Source: Macrostomum lignano (lineage: Eukaryota). Taken from it: a stretch of DNA of 64,000 bases. The stretch is from positions 376,716 through 440,715 of the forward strand of contig NIVC01000272.1 in NCBI GenBank assembly GCA_002269645.1. The letters are read 5' to 3'. This document shows, piece by piece, positions 46,807 through 59,423 of this stretch. Numbering within the stretch: position 1 is the stretch's first letter; every line of letters begins with the position of its first letter. The notes beneath the pieces were generated by a model. It made no database searches, was not told the DNA's origin, and saw only the letters and a list, made by a program, of their open reading frames with translations. A program made the position numbers and the translations under genes.

Positions 46807-49800
46807 CTAGCGGGGTCTAAGGTTATAGGGGTGGTTAGTTATGGGAGTGTCCGTAGTTTGTGTTTCAGCGTGAGAAGTAGCAATATGTTTAGACGGTCTT
46901 TTTGTGTGATTTTCATTGTTTAAATTTGGCAGAAATGTAGAGTCTGTGTTGATGCGTTTCAGTCGATGAATGTGCACGTAGAACTGCGGCTGATGTCGAT
47001 CTTGGACATTGGCCAGTTTGGCTGTGGTTGCCGAAGTCAGTGCTGATACACGAAATGGTCCTTTGTACTTTTGTGCGTGTTTGTGCGTCTGTTGTGCTGG
47101 ATAGTGCAAATAGACCATATCTCCGACTTGTAGCGTAGATGCGTTGTTGGTTGTTTTCGATGTTACCGTCTGGTTGTCAAGATTGTGTTTGGCAATTTGC
47201 CAAGCCAGGTGTAGTCTTGTTGCGAAGGTCTGGAGTGTCGACGGTGTTTCCACGTACTGAGATGGTAGTAATTGTTTTGCGAGTAGGCTGGGCGGTTGAA
47301 AATCTCGAGCGAACATCAAGAAGAATGGCGTGTTATCCGTTGACCGATGTCTCGCGCTGTTGTATGCCATTGTTACCGCTTTCAAGTAGATGATCCAATC
47401 TTCTGGTTGCTTGTAGACATAGTGGGTCAGCATTTCGTGTAGATTGCGGTGAAATCTTTCTACTAAGTTTGCTTTGGGGTTGTAGGTAGACGTATATATT
47501 TGTTGTATGTTAAGCAGTTTTGCAGCCTGTTGAAATAGTTGTGAGGTGAACTGCGTTCCGTTGTCGGTGGTTAGAGTCTTGGGCGTTCCATACATACAGA
47601 CAATCTCGTTGTAGAACGCCATAGCTACTGTTTCGGCGGTAATGTTCGGCAGTGGAATTGCTACAGCGAATTTCGAGAAGACGTCGAGAGCGGTGAGGAT
47701 GTATGTGTAGTTGATCGAGTGTTGTCGTGCGGCAGGTAGTGGTCCCGAAATGTCGAGGGAGACGGTATCCCATGTTGTTGTTTTCGGTACTGTTTGTAGT
47801 TGTGGCTTTTGGCGTCGTCCCGTTTTTGCGGCTGCGCATGAGTGGCATTCGTAGCAATATTTGCTGATGTCTTTGGTCATTGTCGGCCAAAAGTAGAATT
47901 TTGTCACTCGTTCGATTGTCTTCTTAGCGGAAAGGTGTCCGGCTAATGGCATGTCGTGCAATTCTTGCAAGATAGCGGCTCGAAACAAATATGGCAGATA
48001 GATTCGCGGAATATTGTCACAGATCCAATAAAGGATTGATTCTTTGAAGATTAGGTTGTCGCTCTGTTTTTTAAGGAATTTTCTTTCTTGTTTTGTTAAT
48101 TTGGCGTGCTTGGCGTCGTCGTTGTTTTGTGCGGCTTTGTAGAAGTTGTCGTCTTGCTGTGCCGTAATCAGTTCTTGCATTTTCGGAATCGGATGGATAG
48201 CGTTGACTTCGTAAGCTCTGGAGAGTGCGTCTGCTGCTTTGTTGAGTGGTCCCGGTTTGTAGGCTAGTTGGAAGTTGTAATCCTGAATTTTGAGTGTCAT
48301 TCGGATGAGGCGGTTGTTAGTCTGTCCTTTCGTCATGACAATGTGTGTCAGCGGTGCATGGTCGGTTCTGAAAATTGTCGGTAATGGAGAACCGTAGATG
48401 TAGTAGTGAAACTGTCGTAGTGCGAACAGGATTCCAAGTAATTCTCTTTCTGTGGCGGACCATTTGGTTTCGTTTAGTCGTAGAGCTCGACTGATGTAGA
48501 CGATGGGTTTTTCGACTTGTCTTTCCGTTTCTTGCAGTAGAACTGCGCCTAGTCCACTTCCTGAGGTGTCGGTTTCAATGATAAAGGGTTTTTGGAAGTT
48601 TGGATGTTGCAGTAAGGCGTCGGTCGTCAGTTGCTGTTTGATCTTTTCGAAGCTTTCTTGTTGTTCGTCCTTCCAGTTTTCTTCTTTCCACTTTGGTTGT
48701 TTGAGCAGTTCGTATAGCGGTTTGGCAGTTTTGGCAAAGTTTGGCAGAAACTTTCGGAAATACTGTGCTAGTCCTAGAAAGGACTGCAATTTTGTTATAG
48801 AGGTTGGTCGTGGGAATTTCTTTACTTTCTCCACATTACTTGGATCTGGTGAGATTCCTTTTGCGGATACGTGGTGTCCCAAGTATCGTACCGAGCTTCG
48901 GCAAAACTTGCACTTGGTGGGTTGTAGTTTGAGACTTTGTCGCCTGAGAAGGAATAATGCGAGTTCCATCATTTGAAGTAGTTGTTCGAAGTCTTCTCCG
49001 AAGGCAAGAATATCGTCTACATAGTGGAGTAGATTGGTACATCCAGCAAGCATGTAGGCTGTTAGTCAGCTCATTGTAGCAGGTGAGTTTGAAATTCCCA
49101 TAGGACTTCTTTGGTAAGCGAAGACTTCTCCATTGTACGTCTTAAAGGCTGTGTATTGCTTAGACTCTTCTTCTAGTTCGATTTGCCAAAATCCATGTCG
49201 TAGATCAAAGACTGTGAAGAGTGTCGCTGTGTTGAGTCTCGCCATTAGTTCCGAAATCTTGGGTAGGCTTTGTTGATCTGTCGGGATATACTTGTTTAGG
49301 ACTCGAAAATCGCAGACAAGTCTTCTCTCGTTTGTGTCCTTCTTCTCGACAAGCAAGCATGGAGAGGAATAGGCTGAAACTGTCCTCTTGATGATACCGG
49401 CTTTGAGCATTTTCTCGATGATCTCGTCGAAGTGTTGTTGTAGATGTTTTGCAATCGGATACGGTTTGCACTGAATCGGTTCCTGGTGCGGCAGCAGTGT
49501 GATCTTCTGTTTGATGTCTTTGGCTCGTCCAATGTCGTAGTCGTGGTGGCAGAAAACATCGTTGTACTTCCATACAAGATCTTTAACTTGGTTCTTTTGT
49601 TCTTCGGTGATCGGACTTTGTGACAGATCGATTTGTTCTAGGAATTGTTGCCTTGGCAATGTTGTCGATGTTGATTGAATAAGCATCACTGACGCTTGTG
49701 TGCTGAGATGTCCGATGCAGGTTCCTGCGTAGATTCTCACTGGGTGCTTGTTAGGATTGACGATTTGTACCGGAATCGTTTTGTCGGCTGTGATTAGTAC

Positions 49801-49830
49801 CAGTGCTGTGGGGATGAGGATTTCGTTGTT
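46807..49830 (-). pseudogene. pol: Gypsy pol (post-protease linker, RT, RNase H, integrase) of copy B; protease absent
   Basis: SSPCLLVEKK, DFRVLN, DLRHGFWQ, PMG, YVDD, RNase H and integrase motifs; break at ~49066. Confidence 0.95.
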
Positions 49831-49834
49831 CTAT

Positions 49835-51753
49835 TAAACTTCAGTTGAAGATCCGACATTTCGTAGGTTTCATCAACAATGGCTTGTGATTTCGAGATGT
49901 TCTTGATGTCTCCTGTTGGCGAAATTTGATGTAGTAGATCGTTCACGTTGAAATAGTTGGCCGAATTGGTACATGGTCGTGGAATGGCAGTTCCGACAAT
50001 GATGTTGTGGACCGTATCCAAAAATCCTCGAATTCGCTTTCCATTGTAGAAGGCTTCGATCCGCGGTTTGTCGTAGCAAGTTGTTGACGTGTTTGATGAC
50101 AAGATGTTAAAGTGATGGATCAGAGTACACTTGTAGATTAGCAAGTATCCATAAACCGGAACGGCGAGGAAATCTTCAATTCCTGTGATCTTCCTGAAGG
50201 TGGTCGTAGGGTTGACGTAGTAGTTCTGTCGCGTGTAGTTTAGACTGGTCTCGTGCATTCGACATGTCAGTTTGACCATGGAGCGATGCAGATAGTTCAG
50301 TTGCTTGTGCAGTTTGTGTTCCATCGCGGCTAGTTTTGCTGCCAGAAGTCGTGCTGATACTAACGAAGGCTTATCCAGGTTTCGCTTTTGTCTTTCCAAG
50401 GTTTCTTCTCTTGGATAGGTACCATTTATCACCTTCAAAAATACATTCTTGTCCATGTCCTTCAGTGCAATTGGTATTTCTTGGTCAGATAGGATTAGTT
50501 GTTCATTGTTTTCCTTGCATTTCAGTTGTGTATAGCTTGGTTGCTTTGGAAAGGTAAGAGCTAGATCTCCAGAGTCGGCAAGGAAGGTGTTAGATAGCAG
50601 TTTTCTTTGAACAGTATGGTATTTCTGTAGTTTGCAGTCAATTTCAGTTTTGACTTCCCATGCGATGAAGTATTTGCGAGTTCGACTCGGTTCTTTGTAT
50701 CGAGAATCCGATCTGTACTCGATTTGGTATCGATAGTCATGGAAATAATTCGGAGCTAGCGGTAAGTTTTGAGCTTCCTCTTTGTTGTAGTTAGGAGTAG
50801 CACAATATCCTGAGCTGTAGTGGCATTGGTCAAGCGGTAGTTGCAAGGATTCCATGTTTTCGAAAGGATTGTGGTAGAACAAGACGTTTAAAATCAGATA
50901 GCTGTTGTAGACAGTATACAGAGGCCATCGTGCTGCGTGGTAGTGCACATATCTTCCTTCGGCTACGTTGTTGGTGCGGAATAGTTGCGCTCCGCTTGCT
51001 GAAGTGTCGTGGAGCTTCAATTCACCGTCTTTGGAAAACAGGGTTTGGTTCCACTGCATGGAGGCTTTCTTCATGTGATACCTTCATCGATGTTTGCCAA
51101 TATCTGATTCGGTTCCATTGTACCAACCAAATCTTTTCGAGTTCGTCTTTGTCTCTAAAGCACAAAATTCCCATCTGTCGATGCTTCTTTGTATTCGCTT
51201 TGTAGATGTCGATTGTAAGCGGTAGCGGCTTTGTTTGATTCGTCTTAAAATAACTGCATTTGATTTCCGTAGGAATTTTGTAGATGACAGGCTGGATGGT
51301 AGCGTCTGTAGGACAAATCATTGGTACTGAAGTTGAAGTTACCAGTGGTAGCAGGATGAGAAGGATCATCGCAAATAACCATTTCATTAGAGGGTGTCTC
51401 TTCTTGCTCTTCTTCGGCATCGGCATACTTTCTTCTTGTTCTCCTTTCTTGTTGGAGTGACTTGTGATCGTGGTTTCGTCCAGTTCCTCGTAGTCGTTTT
51501 CTGGTTCTTCAGATGGAGTGATGTCTTGTGGACGGAAGAACCATTTTCTTGAGTGTGGTACTGGTGTTAGAGGTTCCTGATACGCTGGTGGGTGACACGC
51601 TGTAGGGTGTCTTCGAAAGGTACCCATGAATTCTGGTCGAGTCGGCGTAGAAGAAGTCTGTTGATGCAGTTCTCCGACATTCATCGTAACGTAGGTGTTA
51701 TCTTCTGTTTGAGTGAATCGATTGCATGTGAAGTGGAACGGTTGGGTGTTCAC
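49835..51753 (-). pseudogene. env: Env-like glycoprotein resembling class III (chuvirus/gB-like) fusogens; frameshifted, lacks the C-terminal TM
   Basis: Signal peptide MKWLFAMILLILLPLVTSTS at ~51387, Cys-rich ectodomain, furin-like RQKR, C..L..NP..F..VYG.LLIYKC, CY..P..FL..II.....C, several N-glycosylation sequons. Confidence 0.7.
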
Positions 51754-51821
51754 AGCTTTGTTTGTCCGTTTCCGTTTTCAGCATTAAGAATTGTAGCAAG
51801 ATTCTCGTATTCCGGTTCGGA

Positions 51822-53021
51822 TTATTGTACCGTTGGAGATGGTAACATGTAGTCGGTATCTTCAAAGAGAGTATCACGTACGTTGATACTGAAATCTGGT
51901 GTTAATTCTTCTACCGAAAATTTTGGTTCGATAGCCTGTTGTTCACTGGCCTGTGGTTCAATGGCCTGTGTGTACTGTCTATGCACCTGCGTTGGCTGCC
52001 TTGGTGGAGCGGGTCGGCGTGGGTTGTAAGGTACCATCGTATTGTTAGGGCGGTTATCCCGCCATGGTGGTGGTCGATTATTCATCCGATTTCTGTTTGG
52101 TGGATATTGTTGGTTTGGATAGCGTGACCAGTTTTCTCGTCTGTTTCCACCGGAATAATTTCGTGGTTGATTCTGGCGCAAGTTTTGGCGGCAATCTCTG
52201 TAGTAATGACCTACTCTTCCACAATTGTGACAAGTAACGTTTCGAGGGTTGCTTTGCTGCGGGCGCATTGCAATTGCTGCGGCTTGGTGTTGTTGCATAA
52301 GTTTGCTTAATTGTTCTGCTAATTGTGCGGTGTCACTAGTGCGGTTAGCTAGAAGAGGTGCGCTTGCCTCCCACTGCATTCCACAGCGGAGTAACTGTTC
52401 TTCTGTCTCAATTGTTTCTCGCAGGAGTCTATCTCGCAAGGCAGGTTGAGCGTTGTTAATGACATTAAGAATTAGACTTTGCTTTTGATCTGCAAGCCGT
52501 TGTCTTTCTCTAGCAGCTGCTTCTGCTGGTCCAAGGGGTTGAGCTGCTGCTGCTGGTTGCGGTTGCTGTTGATGCAAGGCTTTGATGATTTGTCGAATAT
52601 CATCGACAAAGGTGAGGAATGATTCCGTGGGTGTCATTTTCCGGTTATGTAATTTATGTAACAACACCGATCGATTGGTTCCGCATCGTGCGAACTGTGT
52701 TCGAAGTTGGGTAATCATGGCATGGTAATCTCGTTGTGTAACTGCATCTAATTTTCCATAAATTTCTCGGGCTGTGCCTTGTAGCAATGGAGGGAGGAGT
52801 AGCGCCTTTTCTGGATTTTGTAATCCATATTCCCTTGATACCAAATCAAAGTGGTCAATGAAGGTCGCAAAATCTTTGTCCATAGTGTAAGATACGACTG
52901 TCTCTTCTTTGTCTCTCTTCTTGTCTATGACCTCTCTTCTCTCTCTCTCTCTACCTCTCTCTTTATCGATTTTCCTCCCCAGCGTTATCGCCTTTAAATA
53001 TTTTGACGGCAATTCGGGCAA
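51822..53021 (-). CDS. gag: Gypsy gag (recognisable from M at ~52883)
   Basis: FIDHF..L..LLQGTA..Y capsid-like region, Q..ESF..F..I major-homology-like region, CHNCGRVGHYYRDC knuckle. Confidence 0.9.
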   Translation of the reverse strand: MPELPSKYLKAITLGRKIDKERGRERERREVIDKKRDKEETVVSYTMDKDFATFIDHFDLVSREYGLQNPEKALLLPPLLQGTAREIYGKLDAVTQRDYHAMITQLRTQFARCGTNRSVLLHKLHNRKMTPTESFLTFVDDIRQIIKALHQQQPQPAAAAQPLGPAEAAARERQRLADQKQSLILNVINNAQPALRDRLLRETIETEEQLLRCGMQWEASAPLLANRTSDTAQLAEQLSKLMQQHQAAAIAMRPQQSNPRNVTCHNCGRVGHYYRDCRQNLRQNQPRNYSGGNRRENWSRYPNQQYPPNRNRMNNRPPPWRDNRPNNTMVPYNPRRPAPPRQPTQVHRQYTQAIEPQASEQQAIEPKFSVEELTPDFSINVRDTLFEDTDYMLPSPTVQ

Positions 53022-53165
53022 ATAAACTATACTCGAATATGAGTACTTCCCTGACGAAGAGTAACCTTACTCGAAATATCGGTAACATTAACTATTTCGA
53101 AGTAAATTGACTTTTATCAGTCCTTTCACCGTGTCAGCGCCTGGGATTGGATGTGCGTTCCTCTC

Positions 53166-53547
<382 letters not shown>

Positions 53548-54118
53548 TTCGCCTCATTCCAATCAACTTGCAGAAGCTGAATGCTTTGAAATCTTAAAAT
53601 AATACGAGTAGTTCTTTCGAATGAGTCAATGCTCTTGCACCGCTTCAACTGTAATCAGGTATTGATTTTCTGTTTTTCTTGACTTAAACTACTCGTCTTT
53701 GCATTTTTGCTCTCTGTCTCAGACCAAGGGACTTAGCTGAGGCGGCAGTTTGCATTCGAATTGCACATTTACTGCCAGTAGCTCCGCGGCCCAAAGCTCG
53801 TTGCAATTAATGTACAGTTGGTTTAGACAGAAGCCTCTTACATGTAAGTCGTTTCCCTTTATAAATTTACAAGGAAATTCTTTCCTCACAAAGCATTACT
53901 AATAAATAATACAATTTATTAACTTCTGGCGATTTGTGATTGCTTCCCTTTAATGCTCAATGGTACAGTGCTTGTTTTAGGGATTTTTAATACGCCATCA
54001 TAACTGCACTCTTCCCCTCAAGCAGCTTCTCAATTCATGACAATTTGGCACATTGTATTATTCTCGAGCCTACTAGATATGCATACTGAATAGAATACAC
54101 TTGGACTGGCAATTAGCG

Positions 54119-57100
54119 CTGCGATTCAGTAACAGCAGTGATGCTTTTAAATCTGCGATTCAATAACAGCAGTGATGCTTTTAAATCTGCGATTCAGTAA
54201 CAGCAGTGATGCTTTTAAATCTGCGATTCAGTAACAGCAGTGATGCTTTTAAATCTGCGATTCAGTAACAGCAGTGATGCTTTTAAATCTGCGATTCAGT
54301 AACAGCAGTGATGCTTTTAAATCTGCGATTCAGTAACAGCAGTGATGCTTTTAAATCTGCGATTCAATAACAGCAGTGATGCTTTTAAATCTGCGATTCA
54401 ATAACAGCAGTGATGCTTTTAAATCTGCGATTCAGTAACAGCAGTGATGCTTTTAAATCTGCGATTCAATAACAGCAGTGATGCTTTTAAATCTGCGATT
54501 CAGTAACAGCAGTGATGCTTTTAAATCTGCGATTCAGTAACAGCAGTGATGCTTTTAAATCTGCGATTCAGTAACAGCAGTGATGCTTTTAAATCTGCGA
54601 TTCAGTAACAGCAGTGATGCTTTTAAATCTGCGATTCAGTAACAGCAGTGATGCTTTTAAATCTGCGATTCAGTAACAGCAGTGATGCTTTTAAATCTGC
54701 GATTCAGTAACAGCAGTGATGCTTTTAAATCTGCGATTCAGTAACAGCAGTGATGCTTTTAAATCTGCGATTCAGTAACAGCAGTGATGCTTTTAAATCT
54801 GCGATTCAATAACAGCAGTGATGCTTTTAAATCTGCGATTCAATAACAGCAGTGATGCTTTTAAATCTGCGATTCAGTAACAGCAGTGATGCTTTTAAAT
54901 CTGCGATTCAATAACAGCAGTGATGCTTTTAAATCTGCGATTCAATAACAGCAGTGATGCTTTTAAATCTGCGATTCAGTAACAGCAGTGATGCTTTTAA
55001 ATCTGCGATTCAATAACAGCAGTGATGCTTTTAAATCTGCGATTCAATAACAGCAGTGATGCTTTTAAATCTGCGATTCAGTAACAGCAGTGATGCTTTT
55101 AAATCTGCGATTCAGTAACAGCAGTGATGCTTTTAAATCTGCGATTCAATAACAGCAGTGATGCTTTTAAATCTGCGATTCAATAACAGCAGTGATGCTT
55201 TTAAATCTGCGATTCAGTAACAGCAGTGATGCTTTTAAATCTGCGATTCAATAACAGCAGTGATGCTTTTAAATCTGCGATTCAATAACAGCAGTGATGC
55301 TTTTAAATCTGCGATTCAATAACAGCAGTGATGCTTTTAAATCTGCGATTCAATAACAGCAGTGATGCTTTTAAATCTGCGATTCAATAACAGCAGTGAT
55401 GCTTTTAAATCTGCGATTCAATAACAGCAGTGATGCTTTTAAATCTGCGATTCAATAACAGCAGTGATGCTTTTAAATCTGCGATTCAGTAACAGCAGTG
55501 ATGCTTTTAAATCTGCGATTCAATAACAGCAGTGATGCTTTTAAATCTGCGATTCAATAACAGCAGTGATGCTTTTAAATCTGCGATTCAGTAACAGCAG
55601 TGATGCTTTTAAATCTGCGATTCAGTAACAGCAGTGATGCTTTTAAATCTGCGATTCAGTAACAGCAGTGATGCTTTTAAATCTGCGATTCAGTAACAGC
55701 AGTGATGCTTTTAAATCTGCGATTCAGTAACAGCAGTGATGCTTTTAAATCTGCGATTCAATAACAGCAGTGATGCTTTTAAATCTGCGATTCAATAACA
55801 GCAGTGATGCTTTTAAATCTGCGATTCAGTAACAGCAGTGATGCTTTTAAATCTGCGATTCAATAACAGCAGTGATGCTTTTAAATCTGCGATTCAGTAA
55901 CAGCAGTGATGCTTTTAAATCTGCGATTCAGTAACAGCAGTGATGCTTTTAAATCTGCGATTCAATAACAGCAGTGATGCTTTTAAATCTGCGATTCAGT
56001 AACAGCAGTGATGCTTTTAAATCTGCGATTCAGTAACAGCAGTGATGCTTTTAAATCTGCGATTCAATAACAGCAGTGATGCTTTTAAATCTGCGATTCA
56101 GTAACAGCAGTGATGCTTTTAAATCTGCGATTCAGTAACAGCAGTGATGCTTTTAAATCTGCGATTCAGCAGTGATGCTTTTAAATCTGCGATTCAGTAA
56201 CAGCAGTGATGCTTTTAAATCTGCGATTCAATAACAGCAGTGATGCTTTTAAATCTGCGATTCAGTAACAGCAGTGATGCTTTTAAATCTGCGATTCAGT
56301 AACAGCAGTGATGCTTTTAAATCTGCGATTCAGTAACACAGTGATGCTTTTAAATCTGCGATTCAGTAACAGCAGTGATGCTTTTAAATCTGCGATTCAA
56401 TAACAGCAGTGATGCTTTTAAATCTGCGATTCAGTAACAGCAGTGATGCTTTTAAATCTGCGATTCAGTAACAGCAGTGATGCTTTTAAATCTGCGATTC
56501 AGTAACAGCAGTGATGCTTTTAAATCTGCGATTCAATAACAGCAGTGATGCTTTTAAATCTGCGATTCAGTAACAGCAGTGATGCTTTTAAATCTGCGAT
56601 TCAATAACAGCAGTGATGCTTTTAAATCTGCGATTCAGTAACAGCAGTGATGCTTTTAAATCTGCGATTCAATAACACAGTGATGCTTTTAAATCTGCGA
56701 TTCAGTAACAGCAGTGATGCTTTTAAATCTGCGATTCAATAACAGTGATGCTTTTAAATCTGCGATTCAATAACAGCAGTGATGCTTTTAAATCTGCGAT
56801 TCAGTAACAGCAGTGATGCTTTTAAATCTGCGATTCAATAACAGCAGTGATGCTTTTAAATCTGCGATTCAGTAACAGCAGTGATGCTTTTAAATCTGCG
56901 ATTCAGTAACAGCAGTGATGCTTTTAAATCTGCGATTCAATAACAGCAGTGATGCTTTTAAATCTGCGATTCAGTAACAGCAGTGATGCTTTTAAATCTG
57001 CGATTCAAACAGCAGTGATGCTTTTAAATCTGCGATTCAATAACAGCAGTGATGCTTTTAAATCTGCGATTCAGTAACAGCAGTGATGCTTTTAAATCTG

Positions 57101-57652
57101 CGATTCAATAACAGCAGTGATGCTTTTAAATCTGCGATTCAATAACACCAGTGATGCTTTTAAATCTGCGATTCAGTAACAGCAGTGATGCTTTTAAATC
57201 TGCGATTCAATAACAGCAGTGATGCTTTTAAATCTGCGATTCAGTATATGCTTTTAAATCTGCGATTCAGTAACAGCAGTGATGCTTTTAAATCTGCGAT
57301 TCAGTAACAGCAGTGATGCTTTTAAATCTGCGATTCAGTAACAGCAGTGATGCTTTTAAATCTGCGTGATGCTTTTAAATCTGCGATTCAGTAACAGCAG
57401 TGATGCTTTTAAATCTGCGATTGCAGTGATGCTTTTAAATCTGCGATTCAGTAACAGCAGTGATGCTTTTAAATCTGCGATTCAGTAACAGCAGTGATGC
57501 TTTTAAATCTGCGATTGAGTAACAGCAGTGATGCTTTTAAATCTGCGATTGAGTAACAGCAGTGATGCTTTTAAATCTGCGATTCAGTAACAGCAGTGAT
57601 GCTTTTAAATCTGCGATTCAGTAACAGCAGTGATGCTTTTAAATCTGCGATT
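54119..57652. repeat. 34-bp satellite array, about 100 copies
   Basis: Unit ca(g/a)taacagcagtgatgcttttaaatctgcgatt, head-to-tail with no spacers; deleted units cluster toward the right end. Confidence 0.98.
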
Positions 57653-57747
57653 CGCCACGAACGCACGACAACGGGATTGATTTGGTTGCTAGGGACGCTA
57701 AGAATAATAGCACGAGAGACAATTCTGGTTGCTAGGGACGCCACGAT

Positions 57748-58189
57748 TGTTGTGAGCCCCGTCCTCCGGAGCAACGCCTACAGCTTTAACCTGTCGGGAA
57801 GCTGCGACCCCCAGGTCCCCAGTCAGAGCTCCCGTCCCGCGCCCTAGGGAGAAGCAGAAAAAGGACAGTAACTCGCGAACACGAACTTACACACCGTAGC
57901 CGATGCAGTTCGCCGTGCACTTTTTATGGTAGATCGACGAGTCGTTAATAGCCAACGGAGGCGGACCAACGCGCGCAAGGGAGGAGTCTGCCCTCCAGAC
58001 AGCGACTATATATTTTTCATTGGTCCTACGCGTACATGAATATAACTTAAGAACAAATGTACGGTACAGCAGGGGAGGTGGGGCGGGGTGGCGTGATCGG
58101 CGTACGCATTGATTATTGATTGGAGGGGTGGGGCAGACTGGAGGGTTGGGGCGGGGCAGGAGGGCGAGAAAGGGCACGATTGCACAACA
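57748..58189 (-). repeat. 3' LTR (442 bp) of the second Gypsy family
   Basis: TGTTGTG...CACAACA perfect 7-bp inverted ends, preceded by TTTTTT plus PPT AAGGAGGGGAGGA (58190-58208). Confidence 0.9.
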
Positions 58190-59423
58190 TCCTCCCCTCC
58201 TTAAAAAAGGCGAGTCACAAGAACAAAGACTGAATGGAGACAAAGACAGGATTCGATGAGTTGGACAGATACGACGGCGCAATGAGGATAAACGCGAATA
58301 ATTTATAGCACGACAACGACATTTATGACGAACAGTCTTAGCGTTAGCAACATTCGAATAATGAAACACGAGTTTGACGCATATGAAAAATGTACGAGTG
58401 TTGAGAAAACGCATTTTGGACGATAAATGTTAGAGAAATAAACGCGAAAAATAAAAAAAGCAAGAACTTCAGTGTGACAACCGCAACGAAACGAAAAAAT
58501 TGCACCACTGTCTACCGATGTTACTTTAACTTCGAAGAATTTCTTGCGACATGAACGTAAAGCAACAGTTTAATAATGTCAAATTGTCAATTGAAAAAAA
58601 ACATGAACCAAAAAGCATGATGAAAAATACACTAAAATGAAGTAAATCAGGCCGAATGGGCTGCGCCGGACTCCTGCTCGACTCCAACACGACGGACACC
58701 CGACGATTCGCGAGCCGACTCGACGATTGGCACTCTGGCACCCGAAGTCGCTTGCTGACGCCGAAAACCGGTGATGTCGCTGAGGCCCTGGTCATCGCTG
58801 TCTGCCACCGTGGCTGCTGAACCTCCTTCGTTGGGCTGCACATGCCTCGCCAGCAGAAGTCCTTGTACCGCGACTCTCGGTCGTACTGGAGATGTCCTGA
58901 GCGTTGTCACTGGCGCCGCTGATGTCTGCTGGAGCTTGCCTGACATCACCGCGATCCCGTCGACTTGTGCAAACCAGCCTCCGGCCGACTTGCTGACGCC
59001 GCATCCGCATCTCCCGCGCCGGTTCACTGTTCTCACGCTGGACGGATCCGTGGGTGCAGTCAGCTGCGCAGTGCCGCCTCCTGCCGGTACTTGATGCTCG
59101 ACTCCTTGCCCTGGGTGTCCTTTGAGCCTGGCTTTCCCCACAACTCCCGAGGAACGAGCCGAGAAACCCCAACATGGGAACAGGGAGTGCAGCTTCCCGA
59201 GCAGGTGCCACCCACCGCTAAGCTCTCCAGCAAAGGCAAACCGATCTAGCCCGACTACTTCTGAACTAAACTAATACTAACTATAAAAAGCGTACTGTAA
59301 TTGAACTGCTTGTTTACTGTAAGCATGTACTTTATTAGCAAATGTTGTTTTTTCGTTGTTTTTGTGCTGTTTTGTATTTTTTTGGATTTTAACAATTTTT
59401 ATTGATAGTTTGAATGCTTGGAA

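Noticed and set aside
54119-57652. CRISPR array
   Set aside because: The 34-bp units are contiguous with no unique spacers, there are no cas genes, and the context is eukaryotic.
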